In this document: piece after piece, positions 34,540 to 44,148 of the stretch
Layout: every line of letters starts with the position of its first letter
How positions within the stretch are numbered: the stretch's first letter is position 1
Assembly: GCA_944393125.1 (NCBI GenBank)
Contig: CALXZB010000001.1
Span: 64,315-128,314 of the forward strand
Source of the DNA: an uncultured Clostridia bacterium
GTDB lineage: Bacteria > Bacillota > Clostridia > TANB77 > CAG-508
Reading direction: 5' to 3'
Length of the DNA stretch: 64,000 bases
Program-made: the position numbers and the translations under genes
The notes under the pieces: generated by a model
Database searches by the model: none
Told to the model about the DNA's origin: nothing
Seen by the model: only the letters and a program-made list of their open reading frames with translations

Positions 34540-35362
34540 AGTTTATATTTAAGTTTTCAGGTATTCCCATAATTACAATTTCATTTTTACCAGTTCCATA
34601 TGTTTGATTTCCTTCAATTTCTTCTCCGTTTATTGTCATATGCATTACTTCGTCTACTTCTATTTTATAATCATCTTTTTTTCCTGATAAATTTAAGTTT
34701 AATTCTTCCATACCTGGCTCTATATAGCTATTTCCTTGTAAATCGACATTTATATTTGCTTTACTTGTTCCTAGTCTTAAATGTAAATCATAAATTGTTC
34801 CAGATTGTATATTTATATCGCCATATCTAGCTTCTATTTCACACATTCCATCTGAATTTATTTTATTAATTTCTGTTTTTCCTTCTTTATTTCTGTATTC
34901 TAGCATCATTGTTTCTAAATTGTCTATTGAAACATCTCCATTTTCAATATCTATTCTTACTTCATCAAATCGAAAATCTTCTGGTACATATAGAATTACT
35001 TGACTTTCAACTTGTTCTTCATTTTCTGTGTTTTCTGTGTTTTCTTCATCTTTTTCTTCAACAGTTAAAGTCATTTCTTCTTGATTATAAGTTGTATTTA
35101 TCCCTTTAATATTAAGCTTTAATTCATCTCCTGTTTTTATCATAAAATCTGAATCTTCCAAGCTTAAATCTAGCCTTCTTATAATACTTGCATCAAGGCT
35201 TATTTCTTGTTCTTTTGGTGATGATTTTTTATAATTATTAAATATGTTAATTATTAAAACAAGTACTAATATTGATATAATAATTACACCTATTGTTAAA
35301 ACAAATTTTTGGGGTAGTTTTCTCTTTTTCTCTTTTTCTTTCATTCTTTTCGCTCTTGCCAT
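34529..35362 (-). CDS. membrane-anchored hypothetical protein (possible DUF4097/LiaG-like beta-strand repeat domain)
   Basis: 277 aa with a basic N-terminus, a TM helix and repetitive beta-strand segments (GDVSIDN, GDINIQSG, ANINVDL). It overlaps the yihY-like gene by 11 nt. Confidence 0.5.
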   Translation of the reverse strand: MARAKRMKEKEKKRKLPQKFVLTIGVIIISILVLVLIINIFNNYKKSSPKEQEISLDASIIRRLDLSLEDSDFMIKTGDELKLNIKGINTTYNQEEMTLTVEEKDEENTENTENEEQVESQVILYVPEDFRFDEVRIDIENGDVSIDNLETMMLEYRNKEGKTEINKINSDGMCEIEARYGDINIQSGTIYDLHLRLGTSKANINVDLQGNSYIEPGMEELNLNLSGKKDDYKIEVDEVMHMTINGEEIEGNQTYGTGKNEIVIMGIPENLNINFEK

Positions 35363-35380
35363 TTTATAATTTCTCCTTTT

Positions 35381-36577
35381 TTAAAATCTTATTAATTTAT
35401 TATATACCTCTATCGCAAAATTATCTGTCATTCCTGAAATATAGTAAATAATTGCTTTACAATAATCTTTTTCATTTTCTATATCAAATAAAGCTTCATT
35501 ATGTTTGTTTTCTTTTCTCTTATAAGTCCAATAATCAGATAACCAATCTTTAAACCTTGTAAATACTTCTGGGTGTATTTGTTTCATTTTTTCTATTTTT
35601 TCTAAAGTTTTATTTCCATTATATGCACTTTTTAATGTATAATAAATTTCATTTAGTAAAATATTAAAATATCGTGTTGATGCACTTATCTTTGTTGCTT
35701 TATATATATTATTATAATTAAAACTTTTAATTTTATTTATTAATTCGAATGTTTTCTCTGAAAAACATAATCCTTTTTCTATTGTAGAATTTTCACATAA
35801 ATCATTTATTAAGTAATTAATTATTACTGTATTATTTATTACTTGTTCTGATTGTAATATCTTATATAGTTCTTCTAGCTTTTTATCTAAAATTCCTAAT
35901 GTAATGGCATCTTCTATATCTCTTCCTAAATACGAAATCTTATCAGCTATTTTTACTACACATGCTTCCCACGTATATGGTGAATATTGATTTGGCTTTG
36001 TGTAATCTTTTTTTAAATCTATATATTCTTCTCTTGGTTTTAAACTATTTTCATCTATTTCACCACAATGTGATATTATTCCATCTCGTACTGCATATGT
36101 TAAATTTAAGTTTTGCTCATTTTTATTAAAATCTTCTAGCAATTCAATCTTATCAACATAGTCTAATCCATTTTTTTCATGCCAAAATGGTTCATTAAAT
36201 TCTCTTTTAGATATTTCTGATAATATTTTTTCACCTTCATGTCCGAATGGGCTGTGGCCTAAGTCATGAGCTATAGCTATAGCTTTTGTTAATTCTGTAT
36301 TTAGCCCTAAATATTTTGCTATAGTATAACTTACAGATTCAACATGCATTACATGTTCTATTCTTGTGCATATGTGGTCATTTTCAGGTGAATAAAATAC
36401 TTGTGTTTTATGTTTTAATCTTCTATATGCTGTACAATGTAATATTCTTGTATAATCTCGTTCAAATTCTGAACGTGCATCTTTTTCTCTTTTGTATATT
36501 GCCTTTTCTCTTCTTATCATATTTTCCCATTTAGGATTATTTTCATCAGCTATATAGTCTTTAAATTTATCCCTCAT
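35381..36577 (-). CDS. dGTP triphosphohydrolase-like HD-domain protein
   Basis: 398 aa with FERDYTRILHCTAYRRLKHKTQVF and AHDLGHSPFGHEGE. Confidence 0.85.
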   Translation of the reverse strand: MRDKFKDYIADENNPKWENMIRREKAIYKREKDARSEFERDYTRILHCTAYRRLKHKTQVFYSPENDHICTRIEHVMHVESVSYTIAKYLGLNTELTKAIAIAHDLGHSPFGHEGEKILSEISKREFNEPFWHEKNGLDYVDKIELLEDFNKNEQNLNLTYAVRDGIISHCGEIDENSLKPREEYIDLKKDYTKPNQYSPYTWEACVVKIADKISYLGRDIEDAITLGILDKKLEELYKILQSEQVINNTVIINYLINDLCENSTIEKGLCFSEKTFELINKIKSFNYNNIYKATKISASTRYFNILLNEIYYTLKSAYNGNKTLEKIEKMKQIHPEVFTRFKDWLSDYWTYKRKENKHNEALFDIENEKDYCKAIIYYISGMTDNFAIEVYNKLIRF

Positions 36578-36741
36578 TTTTAAATATTATCCTTTCTTTT
36601 GTTTCAAACGTATTTTATCATATATTTTTTATAAACTCAATATTTACTTTATTTAAAATTTTAATTTTTATTGTTAGTATTTTTGTTTACTTTTTTGTGT
36701 TTTTATTATATCATACAAGAAATAAGTAAGGAGACGAAATT

Positions 36742-37587
36742 ATGATAAAACTAATAGCAAGTGATTTAGATGGAACAATAATAGATAATAAGCATTCCAT
36801 ACCACAAGGTAATTTACAAGCAATTAACGATTTACAAAAAGCTAATATTCCATTTGTAATTTGTACTGGAAAAACTTATTCAGTAAGTAAAGAAATCTGT
36901 AAAAATCTTAATGCCAGTTTTGGAATTTTTGGAAATGGCAGTCAAATTATAGATCTTACTACTGGTAAAGAAATTGCTAGGCAGATACTCACTTTAAATG
37001 ATTTAGAATTATGCTTTACTACAATAAAAAAACATAATTTACATGTACATGCTTATACAGAAAATAGCATTGTAACTACTAATTTAGAATATATGGATTT
37101 AAGAAATTCCATTCTTTTCCCTAATCAAATTAAATTTGAAATTGTTGATTCTGTTTTAGATTACATAAAAAAACAAAATTGTACTGTTTTTAAATTAATT
37201 GTTTCATCTAGTTCTAATCTTTCACCCATAAAAGAAGAATTAATGTCAACAACAAATTTAACAGTTACACATATTACGAAAACAGGTAAATATAAAGATA
37301 AAATAATTGATAAAGAGTATGAATATCTAGATATTTCTCCTTTAAATGTTACTAAGGGTAAAGCTTTAGAAATATTAAGTCAATATCTTGAATTAAGTAA
37401 AGAAGATATATTATCTATTGGAGATAATATAAATGATATAGATATGTTTCATTCATCTGGAATAGGTGTTGCAGTTAATAATGCATATGATGAAGTAAAA
37501 CAAGTTGCTAATTATGTAACCAGTAATTCTGCTGAAGATGCTGGTTTTGCAGAAGTAATTTATAAGTTCATTCCTTTTAATACTTAA
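36742..37587 (+). CDS. Cof-type HAD-IIB phosphatase
   Basis: 281 aa with SDLDGT and GDNINDIDMF. Confidence 0.85.
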   Translation: MIKLIASDLDGTIIDNKHSIPQGNLQAINDLQKANIPFVICTGKTYSVSKEICKNLNASFGIFGNGSQIIDLTTGKEIARQILTLNDLELCFTTIKKHNLHVHAYTENSIVTTNLEYMDLRNSILFPNQIKFEIVDSVLDYIKKQNCTVFKLIVSSSSNLSPIKEELMSTTNLTVTHITKTGKYKDKIIDKEYEYLDISPLNVTKGKALEILSQYLELSKEDILSIGDNINDIDMFHSSGIGVAVNNAYDEVKQVANYVTSNSAEDAGFAEVIYKFIPFNT

Positions 37588-37590
37588 TAG

Positions 37591-37623
37591 AAAAGTCGAG
37601 CTATAAATGAAGCCCGACTTTTT
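37591..37623. terminator. bidirectional terminator between convergent genes
   Basis: aaaagtcgagc-N10-gcccgactttt. Confidence 0.6.
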
Positions 37624-37638
37624 CATTTTCTTTATGTT

Positions 37639-39651
37639 TTAATTAAATAATGTTTTTATTTTTTTTATTAAATAATGACTTCCTCCAAGATCTCTACCAT
37701 CTTCAACCATACTTATTACTAATAATTGTTCTCCAGAACTATCAGCAGTAAAACAATCAAACCATCCTAAAATATCAGCTTCATCATCTTTTGAGCCTTT
37801 TAATTCTGCAGTTCCAGTTTTTCCTGCAATTGTTCTTCCAGAAACTTTCATATCTGTAGCAGTTCCTTTTTCTACTACTTGTATTAAATCTTCTTTAATA
37901 ATATTAGCAGATTCAGCAGAAAAAGCATTTTCTACTAAATATTCAGTTTCATTATTTTCTTTAATTTCTAAATATGGTTTTACCATATTTCCTTCATTTG
38001 CAAAAGCAGAGTAAATTGAAGCCATATGTATTGGATTTACAAGAATTTCTCCTTGACCATATCCACTATCTGCAAGTAATTTTTCATTAGCTATATCTCC
38101 ACTATTTGAATATTGTGATTTAGCTAAAGACAATGTGAAGTCAATATTTTCTCCAAATTTTATTTTTTTAAGTTCATTTATAAAATTATCTTTTCCTATT
38201 TGTAAAGTCGCTTGGGCAAAATATATGTTATCTGAATATATTAAAGCATTTTGTAAATTCTTTGGTCCACTATATGCTGTAAGTGTTGTTATATCATATT
38301 CTCCCCAATTTGCTTTTTTCCAACTTAATCCACTATATGAAAATGTATCTTCTGTGCTTAATGAATTTGTTGTTAATCCTATTGCACCAGTTATTGGCTT
38401 AAATGTTGAACCTGGGCAATAACTTTGTAAATATCTTGCAAGCATTGGGTTTGCCTCATTATCTTTTATTGAGTTCCATTTTTCTGTACTCATTCCTAAT
38501 GTAAAATCACTTGGATCATATGATGGTGTACTAACAAGTGCTAATAGTGCTCCTGTTTTTGGATGCATTACTACAAAAAATCCTTCATCATTTTTTAATT
38601 CATTATATAAATTTTGTTGTATATTTGCATCTATTGTAAGTTGTATATTTTCTCCATCTTGGACTTCAATTTCAGCAATGTCAGTTTTTCTATTTCCATC
38701 TTTATCTTCTATGTAAATTTCTATACCATCTTTTCCTTTAAGTCTTTCTTCATATATTTTTTCTAATCCTGTTTTTCCTATAATGCTATTGCTATTATAA
38801 CCTTTATCTTTGTTTTCTTCTAGTTCTTCTGCTGTTATATTTTGAACATATCCAATTAAATGTGCTGAAGCTTCTCCTAATGGATATACTCTAGATTTTA
38901 CAGTTGTAATTTTTACTCCTGCTATTTGAAGTAATTGTTGTTTTAATTCTGTCTCATCTTTTGAAACTTCTTTTATTGGCACAAAAGAATCATCTTTTAC
39001 CCAACTTGCTGATAATTTTTTATTTACTGCCTCTGCTGTTGTTTCCAATAATTGAGCAATTTTTTCAATATCTGTTTCTTTATTTTCTCCTAATTTACCA
39101 GGTACTATACCAACAGATGATACTTCTCCTTCTCCTGCTAACATTACTCCATTTTTATCTGTTATTGTTCCCCTTTCAGCTGTTATTGTTTTTATTCTTA
39201 CTTTATCTGTACTGTTTAATTGAGGAAATATTAAATTAGAACTCCAGTTTATTAGATAGCCTTTTTCCTTATCTTTTGTAAGTCTTACCGTATTTGTAAA
39301 ACTTACGTTTCCAGCTTCTGTTTCCATTTCTAGATTATAATCTATTGCTTTAGTAGTAGAGTTTTCATCTTCTATTAAAACAGTTTCTGATTTCATATTT
39401 GACATGCTTATTCCTTCATAAATATTTTGGTTTCTTTCTATGAAATCTTCTTGTGATATTTGAGCTTTTGAATCTTCTGTTAGCATTTCGTACATTTTTT
39501 CATATTTTTGTTCATTTATAAGTGATATATATTTTTGCCATATATCTTCTGGATTTGTTTGAGGTCTATTCATTATAAAAACAATCCCAATTCCTAAAGC
39601 TACTGCTATTATAACTGTTACAATTATTCCAATAATAACTTTTTTACTCAT
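37639..39651 (-). CDS. class B penicillin-binding protein (transpeptidase) with an NTF2/MecA_N-like N-terminal domain
   Basis: 670 aa with SxxK (PGSTFKP), SDN and KTGTAE. An ATGA overlap links it to the cca stop. Confidence 0.85.
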   Translation of the reverse strand: MSKKVIIGIIVTVIIAVALGIGIVFIMNRPQTNPEDIWQKYISLINEQKYEKMYEMLTEDSKAQISQEDFIERNQNIYEGISMSNMKSETVLIEDENSTTKAIDYNLEMETEAGNVSFTNTVRLTKDKEKGYLINWSSNLIFPQLNSTDKVRIKTITAERGTITDKNGVMLAGEGEVSSVGIVPGKLGENKETDIEKIAQLLETTAEAVNKKLSASWVKDDSFVPIKEVSKDETELKQQLLQIAGVKITTVKSRVYPLGEASAHLIGYVQNITAEELEENKDKGYNSNSIIGKTGLEKIYEERLKGKDGIEIYIEDKDGNRKTDIAEIEVQDGENIQLTIDANIQQNLYNELKNDEGFFVVMHPKTGALLALVSTPSYDPSDFTLGMSTEKWNSIKDNEANPMLARYLQSYCPGSTFKPITGAIGLTTNSLSTEDTFSYSGLSWKKANWGEYDITTLTAYSGPKNLQNALIYSDNIYFAQATLQIGKDNFINELKKIKFGENIDFTLSLAKSQYSNSGDIANEKLLADSGYGQGEILVNPIHMASIYSAFANEGNMVKPYLEIKENNETEYLVENAFSAESANIIKEDLIQVVEKGTATDMKVSGRTIAGKTGTAELKGSKDDEADILGWFDCFTADSSGEQLLVISMVEDGRDLGGSHYLIKKIKTLFN

Positions 39652-40946
39652 ATTAATTTCCCCTTTTCAATTACTATATTTTTTTGTTTTAAATATTCTT
39701 TCATCCATTTTATTCTTTCTTCATGCAGTTTATTTCCAAACTCAATACCAGGATTTAATCCATACTTATTTTGAATATATTCTCCATTAATTTCATTTAA
39801 GCATTTTTTTCCTATATTTTCAAAGTTAATATCTTCTTTATTGTTTGGTCTTCCTCCACTAGTTTTATCACAAATTACAATAATTTGCAAGCCGTCCAAA
39901 CCTAAAAGAGATTTACTTACTCTCTCAATGAATTCCACTTTAGTTGATGGTTTCATTTTATTAAATATTCCACCTCTCATATGCTCTCTGCAAGCTGTTT
40001 TTCCGCATTTTAACCAATTATTTGGCACTTTTATATTATTCCCAAATTTTTTTACTAATTCTACTCCTGAAATTTCATGGCCATAATGATGTGGATATTC
40101 TTCTTTTGGTGTTATACCTTTTCCTAAATCATGTACTAAAGCAGAGAATCTTATTTCTAGTTTTTTATTTTCTTCTAAGTTTTTTGTTAAATCTGCTGAC
40201 ATGTTCAAAACTAACATTGTATGATTATATGCATCACCTTCTGGATGATATTTTATTGGTTGTTCTACACCTATTAAGTCATTAATTTCTTTAAAATGAA
40301 TATCTAAAACATTTGCTTTTCTTAATACTTCAAAAAATATTGATGGCTTTTCTGTGTTTAGTGCTTTACGAAGTTCTACAAATACTCTTTCTTTAGATAA
40401 ACTGCTTAGTTCACTTTTTAACTCTTGCATTTGTTTTATTGTTTTTTCTTCTACTTTGAATCCTAATTGTGTAGCAAATCTTGCTGTTCTATATACTCTT
40501 AATGGATCTTCTTTGAAATGTTCTGTAGTAGCTCTTATAATTTTATTTTTTAAGTCTTCTCTCCCATTAAATGGATCTATTATTTCCCCTGTTAATACAT
40601 CTTTTGCTATTGAATTTATTGTTATATCTCTACGCGCTAAATCTTGTTCTATTGTAATTTGAGGATTTGTATTTATTTCAAATTCTTTATGACCAGTGCC
40701 TTGCTTTAATTCTGTTCTTGCCATTGCAAATTCTTGTTTTTCTAACTCAAATACTGCAAATGATTTTCCACGTATATGTGCTTCTGGAAACAATTTCTGA
40801 AATTCATTAGCAGTTATTCCTGTTACACAGTAGTCTTTATCATGTGTTTCTTTTCCTAATAATTCATCTCTTACTGCTCCTCCTACTAAGTATAAGTTTC
40901 CTCCAGCTTGTTTTATTTTATTTGCTATTAGCTTTATATCTTGCAT
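39648..40946 (-). CDS. cca: CCA-adding tRNA nucleotidyltransferase with a C-terminal HD domain
   Basis: 432 aa with GGAVRD, RDITINS and HD (LVHDLGK). It starts 8 nt after the dinB stop. Confidence 0.85.
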   Translation of the reverse strand: MQDIKLIANKIKQAGGNLYLVGGAVRDELLGKETHDKDYCVTGITANEFQKLFPEAHIRGKSFAVFELEKQEFAMARTELKQGTGHKEFEINTNPQITIEQDLARRDITINSIAKDVLTGEIIDPFNGREDLKNKIIRATTEHFKEDPLRVYRTARFATQLGFKVEEKTIKQMQELKSELSSLSKERVFVELRKALNTEKPSIFFEVLRKANVLDIHFKEINDLIGVEQPIKYHPEGDAYNHTMLVLNMSADLTKNLEENKKLEIRFSALVHDLGKGITPKEEYPHHYGHEISGVELVKKFGNNIKVPNNWLKCGKTACREHMRGGIFNKMKPSTKVEFIERVSKSLLGLDGLQIIVICDKTSGGRPNNKEDINFENIGKKCLNEINGEYIQNKYGLNPGIEFGNKLHEERIKWMKEYLKQKNIVIEKGKLI

Positions 40947-40954
40947 GTAGCCTC

Positions 40955-42166
40955 CTATACATCTTTTAATTTAATTTCTTTTTCTATGTTTAATTTTCCT
41001 GCTCTTGTAATACTAGTATATCCATATTTTTGTTTTAAATCATCTATTACCTTATCTATTTTTTCTTGTTTTTCATTATCTGCTTGATTAAAAAGCGATA
41101 ATTGGATTTCATCTTTTTCTACTAAATTATCTACTCTCATTCCTATTAATCTTATTGGTATTCCATCTATAAACATTTCATGTAAAAGTTTTTTTGCTTC
41201 TACATATATTTCTTTTGTGCTTGAAGTTGCTCTTAATAATTTTCTTTGATGTGATTTGTCCTCAAAGTCTTTTGTTCTTAACTGTACATTTACTACATTT
41301 GCTAACAAATTATATTTTCTTAATCTGTATGTTACTTGTTCTGTTAGTGTTAATAATACTTCTTCTAATTTTGATATATCATTTACATCTACTGGTAATG
41401 TTGTAGAATTTCCAATTCCTTTTGGCTTTTCATGTTTATACTGTACTTCAGAATTATCTATTCCATTTGCATATTCCCACATCATTAAACCATGTTTTCC
41501 AAATTTTTTTATTATTATTTGTTTGTCTGTTTTTGCTAATTGTCCTATTGTTTTTATTCTCATGTTATACAATTTAGGAATAGTTTTTCTTCCTAACATA
41601 AATAATTCAGATACAGGTAATGGCCACATTTTTGTTTCTATTTCTTCTTCAAATAAAGTGTGAACTCTATCTGGTTTTGTAAAGTCTGATGCCATTTTGG
41701 CTAATAATTTGTTATGTGCTACTCCTATGTTTACAGTAAATCCTAATTCTTGTTTTACTCTTTTATTTATTTCATATGCTATTTCTAATAATGATTTTCC
41801 TTGTAAATAATTAGTCATGTCTAAAAAACATTCATCTATACTAAATCTTTCTATTTTATCTGTATATTGTAATAATAATTGATATAGTTTATTTGAACTT
41901 TGTTTATATAAATTATAATTCATAGGATATACTTTTAGCTTAGGGCATTTTATTCTTGCTTGATATAGAGTTTCTCCTGTTGATATTCCAAATATTTTTG
42001 CTTTTGGACTTTTGGCTAATACTATTCCTGACCTTCTGCTTTCATCTCCTCCTATGACTGAAGGTATTTCTCGTATGTCTATTGTATTTCCTTTTTTTAG
42101 CATGTCTACTGCTGTCCAACTTAAGAATGCATTGTTTACATCTACATGTAATATTTGTCTTTCCAT
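40955..42166 (-). CDS. dinB: DNA polymerase IV (Y-family)
   Basis: ILHVDVNNAFLS and SIDECFLD. The start is set at the ATG at 42166 (MERQIL); the track starts at a GTG at 42178. Confidence 0.9.
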   Translation of the reverse strand: MERQILHVDVNNAFLSWTAVDMLKKGNTIDIREIPSVIGGDESRRSGIVLAKSPKAKIFGISTGETLYQARIKCPKLKVYPMNYNLYKQSSNKLYQLLLQYTDKIERFSIDECFLDMTNYLQGKSLLEIAYEINKRVKQELGFTVNIGVAHNKLLAKMASDFTKPDRVHTLFEEEIETKMWPLPVSELFMLGRKTIPKLYNMRIKTIGQLAKTDKQIIIKKFGKHGLMMWEYANGIDNSEVQYKHEKPKGIGNSTTLPVDVNDISKLEEVLLTLTEQVTYRLRKYNLLANVVNVQLRTKDFEDKSHQRKLLRATSSTKEIYVEAKKLLHEMFIDGIPIRLIGMRVDNLVEKDEIQLSLFNQADNEKQEKIDKVIDDLKQKYGYTSITRAGKLNIEKEIKLKDV

Positions 42167-42187
42167 AATATCACCCACTTTTATTAT

Positions 42188-42216
42188 AATATATCAAACA
42201 GTTGTTCTTTTGTCAA
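42188..42216 (-). promoter_or_regulatory. dinB promoter TTGACA-N17-TATATT with a Cheo-like LexA box GAACAACTGTTT (42196-42207) in the spacer
   Basis: Read directly on the minus strand. GAAC-N4-GTTT differs from GAAC-N4-GTTC by one base. Confidence 0.55.
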
Positions 42217-42281
42217 GAACTATTTTTATGTTTTATTAATTTTTTAGCTACCTTGATTTTAATTCAATAAGCTATAATAAA

Positions 42282-42307
42282 AGAGCTTACCATTTCTGAT
42301 AAACTCT
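42282..42307 (-). terminator. terminator of the 42313..43881 gene
   Basis: 10-bp stem (2 G-U pairs) followed by tttatta on the minus strand. Confidence 0.5.
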
Positions 42308-42312
42308 ATATT

Positions 42313-43881
42313 TTATTCTGTTATTTGTCCATATTCCGCATCGCCACTAATCATATTATCTTCCAAAGAAGTTGTCCAATCTGCTTCTGAGCCATTTTTT
42401 GATATTTCCAAATCTTCTACTGAGACATCAGACCATAGATATACTACAGGGCGAACTGCACACCAGTACACATAAGAGCCGCCATCCGAATGGAACAAGT
42501 CGTAGCCAGTAACAGCAGCACCATAGTAAACAGCACCTGGTCCGAAGCCGCAACGCGAAGAACCGTCCATGATGACACCTGGAGAAGCAAGCCAATATGA
42601 TTTTGCATATTTATCACTTTCTGTTGTTCCTTTAAATAATATCTCAAATAATTTACTATTTTGTTCTACTACACTTGGATCTTCATATGCGAACATAAAT
42701 GCTGTTCCATCTACGGTATCTCCTGCTTTTCTTGTAGGTAATAAATTATATTTTTCAACTGCTGAATATTTTTCTTTTAAATAATTTTCTGGTGCATAAT
42801 CCATATTATAACTACTTGTACCTAATTTGTATGTATATGTTTGTCCAAAAAAGCCTTGATATGAAGATATTTCTGTTCTTCCTGAGTCTGTTGTTTTATA
42901 CATCTTATTATTTTCTTTATCAAGTGTTAAATCTAATACTGTCATTATATCTTCTATTCTCATACTTTGTGTTTTTTCTGCTAAATTACTATCATATATA
43001 CTACTAATTCTATCTAATATATTGTCACCTACTACTATTTCATCATTTGTATTATACCAACTTTCTGCTCCACCTAAAGCTAGATATGGTCCTGTTTCAT
43101 CTCCATCTTCTACTTTTTTTATTGGACTTCCTGTTGTTATTATTAGTTGTGTTTCATCTTCACTTAATCCTAATACTCTCCATGTTGTATTTGTGTCTAC
43201 TTGATATGTTTGTGTTTTTGTATATCCTGTTTCTTCTGCTGTTACTTGGGTACTTGCTGATTGATTATATAATTTATCATTATAATTTGTTATATAATCT
43301 CCTACTTCTATTTCTCCATCTTTAAATGCTTGTACTAATGTTTTTGCTTCATTTGTATCTGGTTGTCCTATAGTAGTTCCTTCTTCTCCTGGTTGTACTG
43401 GGGTTGCTTCTATTGTTGCTATTATTTTTGATGTTTCATCATTTGTTATTAGAGTTTTTATTAATTCTACTGTTACTACTACTGTTGTTTCTTCTCCTGC
43501 TCTTAAACTATCTTGTCCTAGTTCTGGTGTTATTTTAAAATATTCTTCATTATTGCTTTTAATATCAACTTCTATATCTGCTGATAAGTCATCACTAAAG
43601 TTCTTTACTTTATATGTTGCTGTAACTGCATCTCCTTTTGCTGATAACCCATGCACATCTATTGTTGCTGTTATATCTCCTGTTACTTCTGCTTCTACTT
43701 TACTTGGGTCTGAAACCTCTGTTTCTTCTAAGAATTTTACTTTAAAATTTGCTTGGTCTGGTGTTGCTGTTGTATTTCCTGTTATATTTAACTGGGTACT
43801 TGTTATTGCTGCAAACCCTACTCCTAACGCCATTACTACTGCTAATATTGCTATTAATAAGACTGTACTCCTTTTTACCAT
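42313..43881 (-). CDS. secreted/cell-surface protein of unknown function, mosaic composition
   Basis: 522 aa with an N-terminal signal anchor (MVKRSTVLLIAILAVVMALGVGFAAITS) and strong RBS AGGAGG. The C-terminal module YWLASPGVIMDGSSRCGFGPGAVYYG...WCAVRPVVYLW is encoded by a G+C-rich patch. Confidence 0.65.
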   Translation of the reverse strand: MVKRSTVLLIAILAVVMALGVGFAAITSTQLNITGNTTATPDQANFKVKFLEETEVSDPSKVEAEVTGDITATIDVHGLSAKGDAVTATYKVKNFSDDLSADIEVDIKSNNEEYFKITPELGQDSLRAGEETTVVVTVELIKTLITNDETSKIIATIEATPVQPGEEGTTIGQPDTNEAKTLVQAFKDGEIEVGDYITNYNDKLYNQSASTQVTAEETGYTKTQTYQVDTNTTWRVLGLSEDETQLIITTGSPIKKVEDGDETGPYLALGGAESWYNTNDEIVVGDNILDRISSIYDSNLAEKTQSMRIEDIMTVLDLTLDKENNKMYKTTDSGRTEISSYQGFFGQTYTYKLGTSSYNMDYAPENYLKEKYSAVEKYNLLPTRKAGDTVDGTAFMFAYEDPSVVEQNSKLFEILFKGTTESDKYAKSYWLASPGVIMDGSSRCGFGPGAVYYGAAVTGYDLFHSDGGSYVYWCAVRPVVYLWSDVSVEDLEISKNGSEADWTTSLEDNMISGDAEYGQITE

Positions 43882-43930
43882 TTTTTTATCCTCCTATTTC
43901 TTCTTTGTAGTATAACTTTTTTTCTTTTTT

Positions 43931-43959
43931 ATACTATCATCTTTTGGAATACCTTTCAA
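43931..43959 (-). promoter_or_regulatory. promoter TTGAAA-N17-TAGTAT of the secreted-protein gene
   Basis: Read directly on the minus strand. Confidence 0.45.
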
Positions 43960-43970
43960 TACTTAAAAGT

Positions 43971-44003
<33 letters not shown>

Positions 44004-44025
44004 GCCTCAAGGCTTTCAAAGTTTT

Positions 44026-44058
44026 ATTACATTTTTATTACATTTTTGTTACGTTAAT
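44026..44058. repeat. 11-bp tandem repeat attacattttt x2 plus one degenerate copy
   Basis: Read directly. Confidence 0.85.
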
Positions 44059-44099
44059 TTAATATTTATTTTTTTGTGCAAATTTTTTTCCAAAAAAAT

Positions 44100-44124
44100 A
44101 ACACCTATCTTTTAGATAAGTGTT
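44100..44124 (-). terminator. terminator of rny
   Basis: aacacctatct-N3-agataagtgtt followed by T7 on the minus strand. Confidence 0.6.
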
Positions 44125-44148
44125 ACTTTCATAACTTTGCATATTTAA

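Noticed and set aside
35381-36577. The dGTPase-like HD protein as an anti-phage dNTP-depletion defence gene.
   Set aside because: It is embedded in co-oriented core genes with host-like composition, and no mobile-element or defence-island neighbours are present. It looks like the ordinary Firmicute dgt-type paralog.
42444-42647. 67-aa minus-strand ORF inside the secreted-protein gene, and ORFs 8976..9470 and 9223..9573 opposite the small secreted-protein gene.
   Set aside because: They are open only because these patches are G+C-rich, so stop codons are fewer. They overlap better-supported genes that have signal peptides and RBSs.
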